Notes under the pieces: model-generated
The model's input: only the letters and a program-made list of their open reading frames with translations
Databases searched by the model: none
Told to the model about the DNA's origin: nothing
In this document: positions 43,789 to 53,374 of the stretch, piece by piece
How positions within the stretch are numbered: position 1 is the first letter of the stretch
How the letters are laid out: each line of letters begins with the position of its first letter
Translations under genes and position numbers: made by a program
Origin: an uncultured Acidimicrobiaceae bacterium
Lineage (GTDB): Bacteria > Actinomycetota > Acidimicrobiia > Acidimicrobiales > RAAP-2
Assembly (NCBI GenBank): GCA_963749355.1
Contig: CAVVMM010000012.1
Location: forward strand, 154,683-218,682
DNA: 64,000 nucleotides
Direction: 5' to 3'

Positions 43789-44463
43789 ATGATCAATAAA
43801 CAAGTTCCGAGCCTCGCCGATGCCGTCCAGGGAATCGAATCCGGCGCCACCATCCTGGTCGGCGGATTCGGTGGCGCAGGTTTACCGGTCGAACTGCTTG
43901 AGGCACTCTTGGAGACCGACGTTCGAGACCTTACGATCGTGGCGAACAATACGGGTGCGGGTGAGCGAGGGCTGGCGGCGTTATTCCGCGAAGGCCGGGT
44001 AAGGAAGGTCATCTCTTCCTATCCTCGATCGAAGGGGTCAATCTGGTTCGAACACAGGTACCACTCGAACGAGATCATTCTGGAAGTCGTGCCTCAAGGG
44101 ACGCTCACGGAACGGATACGTGCTGCCGGCGCCGGAATCGGGGGCTTCTACACGACCACCGGTGCCGGGACTGATCTCGCTGTCGGCAAGGAAACTCGCG
44201 TCATCGATGGTCGCGAATATCTTCTGGAGTCGCCGCTCTTTGGGGACGTGGCACTGATCAAGGCCAAGAGAGCCGACCGCTGGGGCAATCTCACCTACCA
44301 CGCCACGGGTCGCAACTATGGCCCGACGATGGCGGCTGCCGCTCAGCTGACCGTCGTGCAGGTGAGCGAAATCGTGCCGCTAGGTGCGATCGACCCCGAA
44401 GTAGTGATTACGCCGGGCGTACTTGTCGATCGCGTCGTCGAAGTGACTGAGGCTGTGTCATGA
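43789..44463 (+). CDS. pcaI: 3-oxoacid (3-oxoadipate-like) CoA-transferase subunit A
   Basis: MINK, GGFGGAG.P, PQGTL.ERIRA.GAGI, DPE.V.TPG. Confidence 0.8.
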   Translation: MINKQVPSLADAVQGIESGATILVGGFGGAGLPVELLEALLETDVRDLTIVANNTGAGERGLAALFREGRVRKVISSYPRSKGSIWFEHRYHSNEIILEVVPQGTLTERIRAAGAGIGGFYTTTGAGTDLAVGKETRVIDGREYLLESPLFGDVALIKAKRADRWGNLTYHATGRNYGPTMAAAAQLTVVQVSEIVPLGAIDPEVVITPGVLVDRVVEVTEAVS

Positions 44464-45203
44464 CTCGTCGAATCCCAGATACTGACGAATTCCTGGTTCG
44501 AACGGCAAAGGTCCGAAGGAACACCCGGCAGCTCGCCGCCCGGCTTGCCGCCGACATTCCCGAAGGATGGTTCGTCAACCTTGGCATCGGAAAGCCGACT
44601 GTTGTTGCCGACGTGGTCGACGCCGAGCGCGAAATCATCTTTCACAGCGAGAACGGGGTGATTGGCGTTGGCCCATTTCCCGATGATGCAGACAGAGACG
44701 ATGAATTGATCAATGCGGGCAAGGAGCCCATCACCACTGTCATCGGAGCGTCGTTTGTTCACCATAGTGACTCGTTTGCCCTTGTTCGTGGCGGACACCT
44801 CGACCTCGCAGTGATGGGAGCGTTTCAGGTGGCAGAGAACGGTGACTTCGCTAACTGGATCGTTCCCGGCGCGAAGACCCCGGCCATCGGTGGGGCGATG
44901 GATCTGGCTATCGGTGCCCAGCGCGTGTGGATCATCATGGATCTCTTCGATCGTCATGGTAAGTCGAAGATCTGCGGGCGCTGTTCGTATCCGTTGACGG
45001 CTCGTGGCGCGGTCGAGCGGGTCTACACGGACCTCGCCGTTTTCAACGTGGCACCGAGTGGATTCGTCATTCGCGAACTCGTCGAGGGCGTGAGCTTCGA
45101 CGAGCTCCAACGTCATGTGCCAGTCGAACTCGGCTTGGAGGTTCCCGACTTACCGGCGAGCGGCGAAGACAACGTGGCAAGGTCAGTTGATGGTCGGCGG
45201 TGA
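44460..45203 (+). CDS. pcaJ: 3-oxoacid CoA-transferase subunit B
   Basis: VNLGIG.PT, HSENG, RGGHLD, GGAMDLA. Confidence 0.8.
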   Translation: MTRRIPDTDEFLVRTAKVRRNTRQLAARLAADIPEGWFVNLGIGKPTVVADVVDAEREIIFHSENGVIGVGPFPDDADRDDELINAGKEPITTVIGASFVHHSDSFALVRGGHLDLAVMGAFQVAENGDFANWIVPGAKTPAIGGAMDLAIGAQRVWIIMDLFDRHGKSKICGRCSYPLTARGAVERVYTDLAVFNVAPSGFVIRELVEGVSFDELQRHVPVELGLEVPDLPASGEDNVARSVDGRR

Positions 45204-45338
45204 GCCTGAAGGCACGAGCGGAGCTCGGCTCGAACCGTTGGCTCAATCGTCGAACCACCTGCGCCGAAGCGAACCGGCGAGTTTCTGCGTGGGCGGAGCG
45301 TCCATCGAAGGTTGTGTGTCACGAAAGGTGAGGGACTG

Positions 45339-46559
45339 ATGCCATACGAATATTCCCAGCAGGGCATTGAAGTGCAGGAGTCGGTGCGGCGCTTCATGGA
45401 GCACGTCATCTACCCGGCCGAGGCGACCTACTACGAGCAGCTAGACCAGGTCGGTCCGGACGGCTACCCACCGGTACTCGACAAGCTCAAGTCAGCCGCG
45501 CTCGAACGCGGGCTGTGGAACCTGTTCCTGCCCCACCTCCAGCCCGGCAGCCCCGGTACGCCGCTGTCGAATCTCGACTACGCGCCGGTCTCGGAGGAGC
45601 TTGGGCGGGTCGGTTTCGCCTCCGAAGTGCTGAACTGCAACGCCCCGGACACCGGGAACATGGAGATTCTGCACCTCTTCGGCTCGGATCGCGTGAAGGC
45701 GGAGTGGCTCGAGCCCCTGCTCGCCGGCGAGATCCGCAGCGCCTTCTCGATGACCGAGCCGGACGTCGCCTCCTCTGACGCCACCAACATTGGACTGTCG
45801 ATCGAGCGCGACGGCGACGAGTACGTGCTCAACGGGCGCAAGTGGTTCAGTTCGGGCGCCCGAGCCGAGCGGTGCAAGGTTGTCATCGTCATGGGTAAGA
45901 CGAACCCTGAAGCTCGTCGCCACCTGCAGCAGTCGATGGTCGTCGTGCCGAAGAACAGCCCGGGGGTTGAGCTTGGCCTCGATCCCCACGTCTTTGGTTA
46001 CAGCCAGCGCGGGGGCCATCCCGAGGTGATCTACCGGAACGTCCGGGTGCCGGTGGGCAACCTGCTGGGCGAGGAGGGGAGCGGCTTCGCCATCTCCCAG
46101 GCCCGGTTAGGCCCCGGCAGGATACATCACTGCATGCGCACGATTGGCGTCGCCGAACGAGCTCTGGAGTTGATGGTCATTCGCTCGCTCGAGCGCAGCA
46201 CGTTCGGCACCAGCCTCGCGCATAAGGGGCTGATCCAGGATTGGATTGCCGAGTCGCGCATTGAGATCGATATGGCTCGTGAGTACGTGTTGCGAACCGC
46301 GCACCTCATGGACACGGTGGGCAATAAGGCCGCGGCAGCCGAGATCTCCGGCATCAAGGTCGCCGTGCCCAACATGGCCCTCAAGGTGATCGACCGGGCT
46401 ATACAGGTTCACGGGGCGGCCGGGGTCACTCAGTTCTTCCCTCTAGCCCATATGTACGCGAGCGTCCGCACGTTGCGCATCGCCGACGGGCCGGATGAGG
46501 TGCACAAGATGACGATCGCCCGACGCGAGATTCGGAAGCATCAATCGGATTTCAGTTGA
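45339..46559 (+). CDS. Acyl-CoA dehydrogenase (ACAD10/11, LvaC-like clade)
   Basis: NCNAPDTGNME, SMTEPDVASSDATN, RLGPGRIHHCMR, RIADGPDEVH. Confidence 0.92.
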   Translation: MPYEYSQQGIEVQESVRRFMEHVIYPAEATYYEQLDQVGPDGYPPVLDKLKSAALERGLWNLFLPHLQPGSPGTPLSNLDYAPVSEELGRVGFASEVLNCNAPDTGNMEILHLFGSDRVKAEWLEPLLAGEIRSAFSMTEPDVASSDATNIGLSIERDGDEYVLNGRKWFSSGARAERCKVVIVMGKTNPEARRHLQQSMVVVPKNSPGVELGLDPHVFGYSQRGGHPEVIYRNVRVPVGNLLGEEGSGFAISQARLGPGRIHHCMRTIGVAERALELMVIRSLERSTFGTSLAHKGLIQDWIAESRIEIDMAREYVLRTAHLMDTVGNKAAAAEISGIKVAVPNMALKVIDRAIQVHGAAGVTQFFPLAHMYASVRTLRIADGPDEVHKMTIARREIRKHQSDFS

Positions 46560-46695
46560 ATCTCTTGGTCGGCGAGGACTCACGTTGACTTTCGAACGTT
46601 TGTGTCAGCGCGATTGTCGTAAACCAAAGCGAGGCGCACTGCATCGTTGGTCTTCGGCACTGGCACGAGAGTGCTCGCTGTTAGCATGCGCTTCG

Positions 46696-47739
46696 ATGAC
46701 GAGCTCGGTCGTGGGCATCGACGATGCCTCAGTAACCGCTTGGATGGTGAATGAACTGGGGGCCGCAGCACCGATTGTGTTCAACCTGATCGCTGCCGGG
46801 CGGTCCAACCTCACTTATCGCCTCGTTGACGCTGCCGGAAACGAATTCGTCCTTCGGCGACCCCCTGAGAGCCATGTCTTGCCAACCGCGCACGATATGG
46901 TTCGCGAATACACCGTCCTTTCGGCGCTGTACCCGCAGGGAGTTCCCGTTCCAAAGCCACTGGGGCTCTGTGTTGACAAGGGGATCAGTGACGTTCCCTT
47001 CTACGTTATGGAGTGCGTGAATGGCGTCATTTTGCGCGATCGCGCGCAGGCTGAAGCAGCCTTCGATGTAGGCACACGAGCTTTGATTGGCGCGCACCTC
47101 GCGGCGACATTGGCCAATCTTCACCAGGTCGACATTGTTGACGCGGGACTAGAAGGTCTCGCTCGTCACGACGGCTACATCGAACGGCAGCTGCGCCGTT
47201 GGCAAGGGCAGTTCGAGCAGACATTGGTAGAGGGCGATGATTACGGCGGACTCATCGAAGCTGTGGCCGATCTGCTGTCCGCGTCGATTCCGAGCCAGCA
47301 ACGCGTATCGGTCGTGCACGGCGACTATCGCCTGGACAATACCGTGCTCGATTCACGGGGCCGTGTGTGTGCGATTCTCGATTGGGAGATCTGTACTCTC
47401 GGGGATCCAATGGCTGATCTAGGTCTCTTGCTCGTGTACTGGACCCAACCCGGGGACGTCGCACTCCGTCCGAACGACAGCACGGCTCCCACGACGGCCG
47501 AAGGCTTCTGTTCGCGTGAAGAGATTCTGACTGCCTACGCCGACCGTTCGACTCTTGACGTCAGTCAAGTGAAGTTCTACCAGGCCTTTGGGTACTGGAA
47601 ACTTGCGTGCATCATGCAGGGAGTCTTTGCGCGCTACAGCGTCGGGGCCATCGCCGGTGATCAGAGCAGCGTCAGCGAATATCCAACTTGCATTGGTCGT
47701 CTCGCGGAGGCGGCCAAAGAGACGCTGGAGGATCTCTAG
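46696..47739 (+). CDS. APH-family phosphotransferase (ACAD10/11 kinase, LvaA-like)
   Basis: GRSNLTY, VLRRPP, AHDM.RE, HGDYRLDN, LDWE..TLGDP. Confidence 0.9.
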   Translation: MTSSVVGIDDASVTAWMVNELGAAAPIVFNLIAAGRSNLTYRLVDAAGNEFVLRRPPESHVLPTAHDMVREYTVLSALYPQGVPVPKPLGLCVDKGISDVPFYVMECVNGVILRDRAQAEAAFDVGTRALIGAHLAATLANLHQVDIVDAGLEGLARHDGYIERQLRRWQGQFEQTLVEGDDYGGLIEAVADLLSASIPSQQRVSVVHGDYRLDNTVLDSRGRVCAILDWEICTLGDPMADLGLLLVYWTQPGDVALRPNDSTAPTTAEGFCSREEILTAYADRSTLDVSQVKFYQAFGYWKLACIMQGVFARYSVGAIAGDQSSVSEYPTCIGRLAEAAKETLEDL

Positions 47740-47900
47740 CGATCAACCGTTGATATCGCCGGTGATTTTGCCGACCGTCTCACAGGAATGCCAGCGGGGG
47801 CACCCCGTCAAGGAATGAACGATTGAAGGACCACGCTGGGCCAGTTCTGCGGGCGCGGAGACCAAAATCGGCCCTGAGGATTGCCAGAACTCGAGGTGAC

Positions 47901-47947
47901 TTGACAGGGATGGTCTTGCTAGATAGAGTCTCCTCAGTCGACTGATT
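47901..47947 (+). promoter_or_regulatory. Copy C of sigma70-type promoter with TCAGTCGACTGA operator
   Basis: TTGACA 47901-47906, 17-bp spacer, TAGAGT 47924-47929, palindrome 47934-47945; core GCTAGATAGAGTCTCCTCAGTCGACTGATT identical to copies A and B. Confidence 0.88.
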
Positions 47948-48333
47948 AAGTCGGCGCACAGAGAATTTCTCGTCGGGGGGAATGGTGGCAAAACAGTCGT
48001 CATTGGAGGCAATTCGACCCCAATGCAAAGGTCGACAGATCCCGCTCTTGCTGGACCGACCCCCGAAAAGCAGCGCACTGAGGGCCCCCGCACCGGCCAA
48101 TATTGACCGCGCTGGTTGTTTGACAGCAACTGATCGGCCGTGGGAGAGCCAACCACTCGAAACCTCCCTTTCGGATTGGCTCTCCCTCGACCGGGACCTG
48201 AAGAACATCCCGGCTCCCGCCGCTTTATCGCCGCTAGGTAACCCAACTACCGAACGGTTCAAGCCTCCAAAAGAGGAAATGACCCATGCTCACTTCCCCC
48301 GGAAGCTGGAGTCATATGAGGAAAGGAAAGCCA

Positions 48334-49944
48334 ATGATGAGTAACGAGCCAGGTGGACCGATAGTTTCCGGCCACGAACGAACGCTAATTGCGTCGCATA
48401 AGGGGAGGATCAGGACGTTCTTGTCGTTGCTGGTTGTCGCCCTCCTCTGTGTGGTGCTCTTCCCGGTCATGCGTAGCTCCGCGGCCACCCCGACTACTAC
48501 GCTCAACGCCGCCACGCCCCAGGGTCCAAACTCGTTTGACCCTTGCGCGAACGGTGGTGGCGCGTCACTGCCGTACCTGCAGCTGCTCTACGCGCCGCTT
48601 ATCTTCTCCGTTCCGTCCACCGGGCAGCTGGTACCGGGTCTCGCCTCGTCGTGGAGTTATAGCGGCACCAACAAGGACATCTTCACGGTCAATATCAAGC
48701 CCGGGTACACGTTCCAGGACGGAACCCCGGTGAACGCCCAGGCGGCGGTCACGAGCCTTAACTACTGCTTGGCCGAGAAGGTCCAAACACTGCCCACGGT
48801 CACGAGTATCACCGCGACGGGTCCCTACACGCTTCAGTTCCAGCTCTCGGCGCCGACGGCCTCGTTGCCCTCGGAGCTATCGGAGAACCTCGGGATGCTG
48901 ATCTCGCCGGCCGCCATCACCAAATACGGGGTGAGCGGCCTTGGGAACAACCCGGTCGGAGCGGGCCCCTTCGAGCTCAAGAGCTACGTCCCGAACAGCG
49001 CGGTCGATTTCACCGCGTGGTCGGGCTACGTGGTAGCCGGCGCGCCGGCGCCGCAGGTGGGCAATATTGACGTCCAGATCATTACCGACCAGACCTCGCT
49101 CGTCAGCGCCCTCGAAACCGGTACCGTTCAATACGCCTTCGCCACTGATGCGTCGATCATTCCCGAGGTGAAGGGCGACTCGAGCCTGCACGTTCACGTC
49201 AACTATGCGTCCCTGGCTGTCACGTCGATGTTCATCAACTTCAAGGTTGCACCCATGAACAAACTCGACGTGCGCTTGGCGCTCGAATACGCACTCAACC
49301 GGACGGCCCTCTCCAAGGCGGCGTCGGACGGCGTCATGGTTTCACCCGCCTACGGCATCTACAGCTCCTCTAGTCCCTTCTACGACCCCTCGACCAAGAA
49401 TGCCTGGCCGTACAGCATTAAGAAGGCGAAGGCGCTGTTGAAGGCCGCCGGCTACAAGCACGGCATCACCATCAAGGGTGCCATCGCTATCGCCGCACCT
49501 CCCTTTGAGCAGGACGCGATCATCGCGACCGCCCAGTGGAAGGCGGCCGGAATAACGGTCGACTTCGCCGAAGACCAGCCCACCACTGCACTTACGCAGT
49601 TCGCGCTGCCACGGGGCGGAACAATGTTCAGTGTCGGTTGGGACGGTACGACCACGGTCGCTTCGACGTACGCGGGCGTGTTCTCGCAGGACTCCTTCGC
49701 GAACCCGTCCCACACCGCCAACGCCGCGATTCAAAGTGATCTGACCGCGCTCAACAACACCTACACCACGGGTGGGGTTGCCAGCATCGAAAAGGCCATG
49801 GACAAGGTCATCGACTCGCAGGCGTTGTGGATCCCGTTGTGGTACAACCCGTTCCCCGAGGTTTACAGCAGCAGTGTTAGCGGCGCGCTGCAAGCCTCTT
49901 CAGTTATCGCCGAGCCCAACATGGACTACTTGTCGCTGAGCTAA
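48334..49944 (+). CDS. ABC transporter substrate-binding protein, family 5
   Basis: Signal-like hydrophobic stretch, PGLA.SW, FQDGTP, PVGAGPF, VR.AL.YA.NR. Confidence 0.88.
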   Translation: MMSNEPGGPIVSGHERTLIASHKGRIRTFLSLLVVALLCVVLFPVMRSSAATPTTTLNAATPQGPNSFDPCANGGGASLPYLQLLYAPLIFSVPSTGQLVPGLASSWSYSGTNKDIFTVNIKPGYTFQDGTPVNAQAAVTSLNYCLAEKVQTLPTVTSITATGPYTLQFQLSAPTASLPSELSENLGMLISPAAITKYGVSGLGNNPVGAGPFELKSYVPNSAVDFTAWSGYVVAGAPAPQVGNIDVQIITDQTSLVSALETGTVQYAFATDASIIPEVKGDSSLHVHVNYASLAVTSMFINFKVAPMNKLDVRLALEYALNRTALSKAASDGVMVSPAYGIYSSSSPFYDPSTKNAWPYSIKKAKALLKAAGYKHGITIKGAIAIAAPPFEQDAIIATAQWKAAGITVDFAEDQPTTALTQFALPRGGTMFSVGWDGTTTVASTYAGVFSQDSFANPSHTANAAIQSDLTALNNTYTTGGVASIEKAMDKVIDSQALWIPLWYNPFPEVYSSSVSGALQASSVIAEPNMDYLSLS

Positions 49945-51053
49945 TGGCGATGCGGCCCGGCCCGACTCCTTTGGGTCGGGGTGTTCCCAACGGCGTGGAC
50001 ACCCTGACCCCGATCAACTTGGGGCGCCCCGACCCAAAGGAGTCGACCGAGGCGGTGGCGGGCACGGCGCCGATTTCTGAGGGCTGGCGACTATTCTCGC
50101 CCGCCATGCGATGGTTCGTTGTGAGACGAGCGCTGGTCATGATTCCCACAGCAATCCTCGCCAGTATCGGCATCTTCGTCTTGATCCGACTGGTGCCGGG
50201 GGGCCCCGCCATCGGGATCCTGGGAATTCACGCGTCGCGACAGTCCATCGCGGCGCTTAACCGAGTGCTGGGTCTCTACCATCCCCTGGTGTACCAGTAT
50301 TGGCACTGGCTCCTGGGCGCCCTGCACGGCAACTTCGGGAACTCACTGCAGACTGAGCAGGCCGTGACGCACATGGTGGCGCAGAGTTTTCCGGTGAGTG
50401 CGGAGTTGGTCGGACTCGCGGTGGTCTTCACCCTGGTCGTTGGGTTCCCAATCGGGATCCTGGTTGCGTGGCGTGCGGGAAGTCGCGTCGACCGAGTTCT
50501 GAGCAATGCCTCCGGTATCGGCCTCGCCATTCCCGACTTCTTCATGGCCATCATCCTGATCGCGATCTTTGGTATCTTCGCTCACCTGTTGCCAGAGCTT
50601 GGCTTCGTGCCCTTCGTACAGAATCCGGCGCAGAATCTCGTCCACATGGTGTTGCCGAGCGTCACCATGGGCCTGGGGGCCAGTGTCATTGTGGTGCGCC
50701 AAGTGAGGGCCACCATGATCGATTCTCTCAACGGGCCGTACATCCGCACCGCTCGAGCCATGGGTCTGTCGGAGCGCACGATCGTCTGGCGCTACGCGTT
50801 GCGCAACACGCTGCCAACCATGATCAACGTCTACGGGCTCCTAATTACCGGCATGTTTGGCGCGACGCTTATTCTCGAGGAGGTCTTTGTCCTTCCCGGC
50901 ATGGGCAATGCTCTGGTGAATGGGATTCAGGTGCGCGACTACACCCTCATTCAAGGCATCACGATGGTGTACGTCGCCCTGGTGCTGGTCGTGAATTTCC
51001 TTGTTGACATTCTCGTCGCCCTGGTAAGCCCGCGATTGGCGGACCAGCGGTGA
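49944..51053 (+). CDS. ABC permease (DppB-like)
   Basis: PGGPA, QY..W...L.G.FG.S, YIRTARAMGL, EEVF..PG.G; exact start uncertain. Confidence 0.9.
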   Translation: MAMRPGPTPLGRGVPNGVDTLTPINLGRPDPKESTEAVAGTAPISEGWRLFSPAMRWFVVRRALVMIPTAILASIGIFVLIRLVPGGPAIGILGIHASRQSIAALNRVLGLYHPLVYQYWHWLLGALHGNFGNSLQTEQAVTHMVAQSFPVSAELVGLAVVFTLVVGFPIGILVAWRAGSRVDRVLSNASGIGLAIPDFFMAIILIAIFGIFAHLLPELGFVPFVQNPAQNLVHMVLPSVTMGLGASVIVVRQVRATMIDSLNGPYIRTARAMGLSERTIVWRYALRNTLPTMINVYGLLITGMFGATLILEEVFVLPGMGNALVNGIQVRDYTLIQGITMVYVALVLVVNFLVDILVALVSPRLADQR

Positions 51054-51991
51054 GCACCTTTGAGGACAACGTCTTGGTGGAGGACGAAGAGTACGACCTG
51101 CTCGTTGACGACCAAGCGGCGAAGAAACTTACCGAACCGGGGTCGAGGAGGCGACGACCCATCGGCCTCGTGGTAAGCGCCGTCGTACTCGGGGGCTTGA
51201 TCTTAACGTCGATCTTCGCGCCGCTCGTTGCCCCCAACAACCCGCTCTCGATCGACCTGAACCACACGATGGCCAAGCCCTCGTGGAGCCATCTCCTTGG
51301 TACGGACTTCTACGGACGTGACGTGCTGAGCCGACTGATCTGGGGTGGGCGTTCGGCGTTTCTCGGGGTCGTCATCAGCCTCGTCGTCGGACTTGGAGTG
51401 GGCATTCCATGGGGCTTGGCCGCCGGCTTCTGGTCAAGGTGGGCCGGTTCAATCCTCATGCGATTCGCCGACGCGCTGCTTGCGTTTCCCGCGCTGGTGC
51501 TCGCGGTGATCATCACCGGAATACTCGGTCCAAATCTGTACACCTCGATGACGGCCGTCGGCATTGTCTTTGCTCCGGTGTTCGCGCGACTCATGCGCGT
51601 GGGCGTCCTCGAGGTACGCGAGCGGGAGTTCGTCCTGAGCGCCCGTCTCTCGGGCTGTCGAAGAAGAGTCATCCTGATCCGCCACCTCCTTCCGGCAGCC
51701 CTCGGGCCGGTGATCGTCCAAGCGACGATCTTTGCCGGCATCGGATTCATCATCGAAGGGGCACTGAGCTTCCTTGGCTTGGGCGTGCAACCACCTGCTC
51801 CCAGCTGGGGTGGCGATCTCTCGACGGCCTACCAGTACATCCTCAGTGCGCCCGGTCAGATCATCGCCCCCGGCGCACTCATTGCTGTCGTGGTGCTTTG
51901 CGTGTACAGGATTGGCGATTCGCTGCGGGCTCGCTTCGCTGTTCAGGCGGTGACCGAGCGCGCGACCGAAGCCACCGGGATCATGTCATGA
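51050..51991 (+). CDS. ABC permease (DppC-like)
   Basis: HLLGTD..GRDVLSR, EFV.SAR..G, LSFLGLG..PP.PSWG. Confidence 0.92.
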   Translation: MSTFEDNVLVEDEEYDLLVDDQAAKKLTEPGSRRRRPIGLVVSAVVLGGLILTSIFAPLVAPNNPLSIDLNHTMAKPSWSHLLGTDFYGRDVLSRLIWGGRSAFLGVVISLVVGLGVGIPWGLAAGFWSRWAGSILMRFADALLAFPALVLAVIITGILGPNLYTSMTAVGIVFAPVFARLMRVGVLEVREREFVLSARLSGCRRRVILIRHLLPAALGPVIVQATIFAGIGFIIEGALSFLGLGVQPPAPSWGGDLSTAYQYILSAPGQIIAPGALIAVVVLCVYRIGDSLRARFAVQAVTERATEATGIMS

Positions 51992-52037
51992 GGCGAGTTT
52001 CTTGTGCGGTAAATGGTGTAGTCGAGGAGGCTTGCAG

Positions 52038-53252
52038 ATGACGACGTACGCAGCGACGGGAATTGACTATGGAACGGCGGCCGAACGTCTTCGCGACGAG
52101 GTTCGCCAGTGGCTGGAAGCTAACGGACCCGAGAGCCTGAGGGGAGTGGCCATTCCTCGGCGGGCCGAGGGGCAGGTGGCTCTCGATCTCAGAGAGTGGA
52201 GCAAGCAACTCGCCAAGGCTGGACTCTTTTGCGTGTCGTGGCCGAAGGAGTTTGGCGGGCGAGGCTGTTCTGCCGCCGAGGTTGCGGTCATCCAGGAGGA
52301 GTTTGCCCGGGCCGACCTGCCGCGGCTGACCCGCGGCATGGGCGAGAGTCTTGTCGGTCCTTCGATCATCATGCATGGCACGGACGAGCAACGCGCCTAC
52401 TTCCTTCCCAGGATCATCAACGGCGTTGACAAATACTGCCAAGGCTTCTCCGAGCCGGGAGCTGGATCGGACCTCGCGAGCCTTACCACGCGTGGGGTGG
52501 TTGACGGTGACGAAATTATTGTCAACGGGCAGAAGGTGTGGACCTCCTGGTACTGGGACGCAACGATGCTGTTCTGCCTGTGTCGCACCGACCCGACCGC
52601 GCCAAAACATCGAGGAATTTCGTACGTCCTCATTCCGGTTACGCAGGGCAGTGGCGCGAGCAATGGCGTTGAGTTCCGGCCCGTTCGCCAGCTCACGGGC
52701 CAGTCACATTTTGCTGAAACCTTCCTCACCGACGCCCGGGCACCTCTCTTTAACGTCATTGGGGGGCTCAATCAAGGCTGGCGTGTTGCGATGACGACGC
52801 TCGGCAGCGAAAGAGGTGGCACGGCGACAACGCGTCATCTGGTGTTCCGAGACCAGTTCTGGGATGTGGTGGACGAACTTACGAAGCGGGGGCAGCTATC
52901 GGATCCCCTGGTCCGTCAGTTGTTGGCGTGGTCCTACACCCACGTCGAGCTCCTGCGATACCAAGGTTTGCAGCTCCTGTCCTCAATCCAGGCCGGAGCA
53001 GATCCAAGTGCCGGCCCACCGAGTTCGCTTCACAAGATCCTCTGGTCCGAATATCAGCAGGCGTTCCTGGAGCGAGTCATGAACTTGCTAGGCCCGGATG
53101 CACTGATTGTTGGCAACGACTACGGCCTAAGTGATTGGCAACAGGCCTTTCTAACCTCTCGCTCCGACACCATTTGGGGTGGGACAGCGGAGATCCAGCG
53201 CAATATTCTCGCCGAGCGCAACCTCGGTCTGCCCAAGGAGCCGGGAGGTTGA
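52038..53252 (+). CDS. Acyl-CoA dehydrogenase, FadE26/29/30-like subunit (paralog of 27232-28455)
   Basis: CQGFSEPGAGSDLA, TIWGGTAEIQRNILAER.LGLPKE. Confidence 0.9.
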   Translation: MTTYAATGIDYGTAAERLRDEVRQWLEANGPESLRGVAIPRRAEGQVALDLREWSKQLAKAGLFCVSWPKEFGGRGCSAAEVAVIQEEFARADLPRLTRGMGESLVGPSIIMHGTDEQRAYFLPRIINGVDKYCQGFSEPGAGSDLASLTTRGVVDGDEIIVNGQKVWTSWYWDATMLFCLCRTDPTAPKHRGISYVLIPVTQGSGASNGVEFRPVRQLTGQSHFAETFLTDARAPLFNVIGGLNQGWRVAMTTLGSERGGTATTRHLVFRDQFWDVVDELTKRGQLSDPLVRQLLAWSYTHVELLRYQGLQLLSSIQAGADPSAGPPSSLHKILWSEYQQAFLERVMNLLGPDALIVGNDYGLSDWQQAFLTSRSDTIWGGTAEIQRNILAERNLGLPKEPGG

Positions 53253-53374
53253 AATGATGATGCGCTGGGCTCATGGTGGCGTCGCTCGAGTGGTCGACGC
53301 GACGGTCGTGTCGGGGCGGCCCGGCTGCCGCTCGATCTCTTGGCTTTCGCCTGGGCGAACCTAGGATTGCGTTC

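Noticed and set aside
46696-47739. Aminoglycoside resistance gene
   Set aside because: Motifs and ACAD linkage fit the acyl-CoA kinase clade.
35357-47947. The three ~30-bp identical repeats as a CRISPR array or MITE
   Set aside because: They are not tandem or regularly spaced, there are no cas genes or target duplications, and each copy has promoter geometry in front of an RBS.
35208-48262. ORFs sharing the peptide RLNQSTEETLSS (35208+, 35663-, 47780-)
   Set aside because: These are antisense translations of the repeated promoter/operator DNA, not a protein family.
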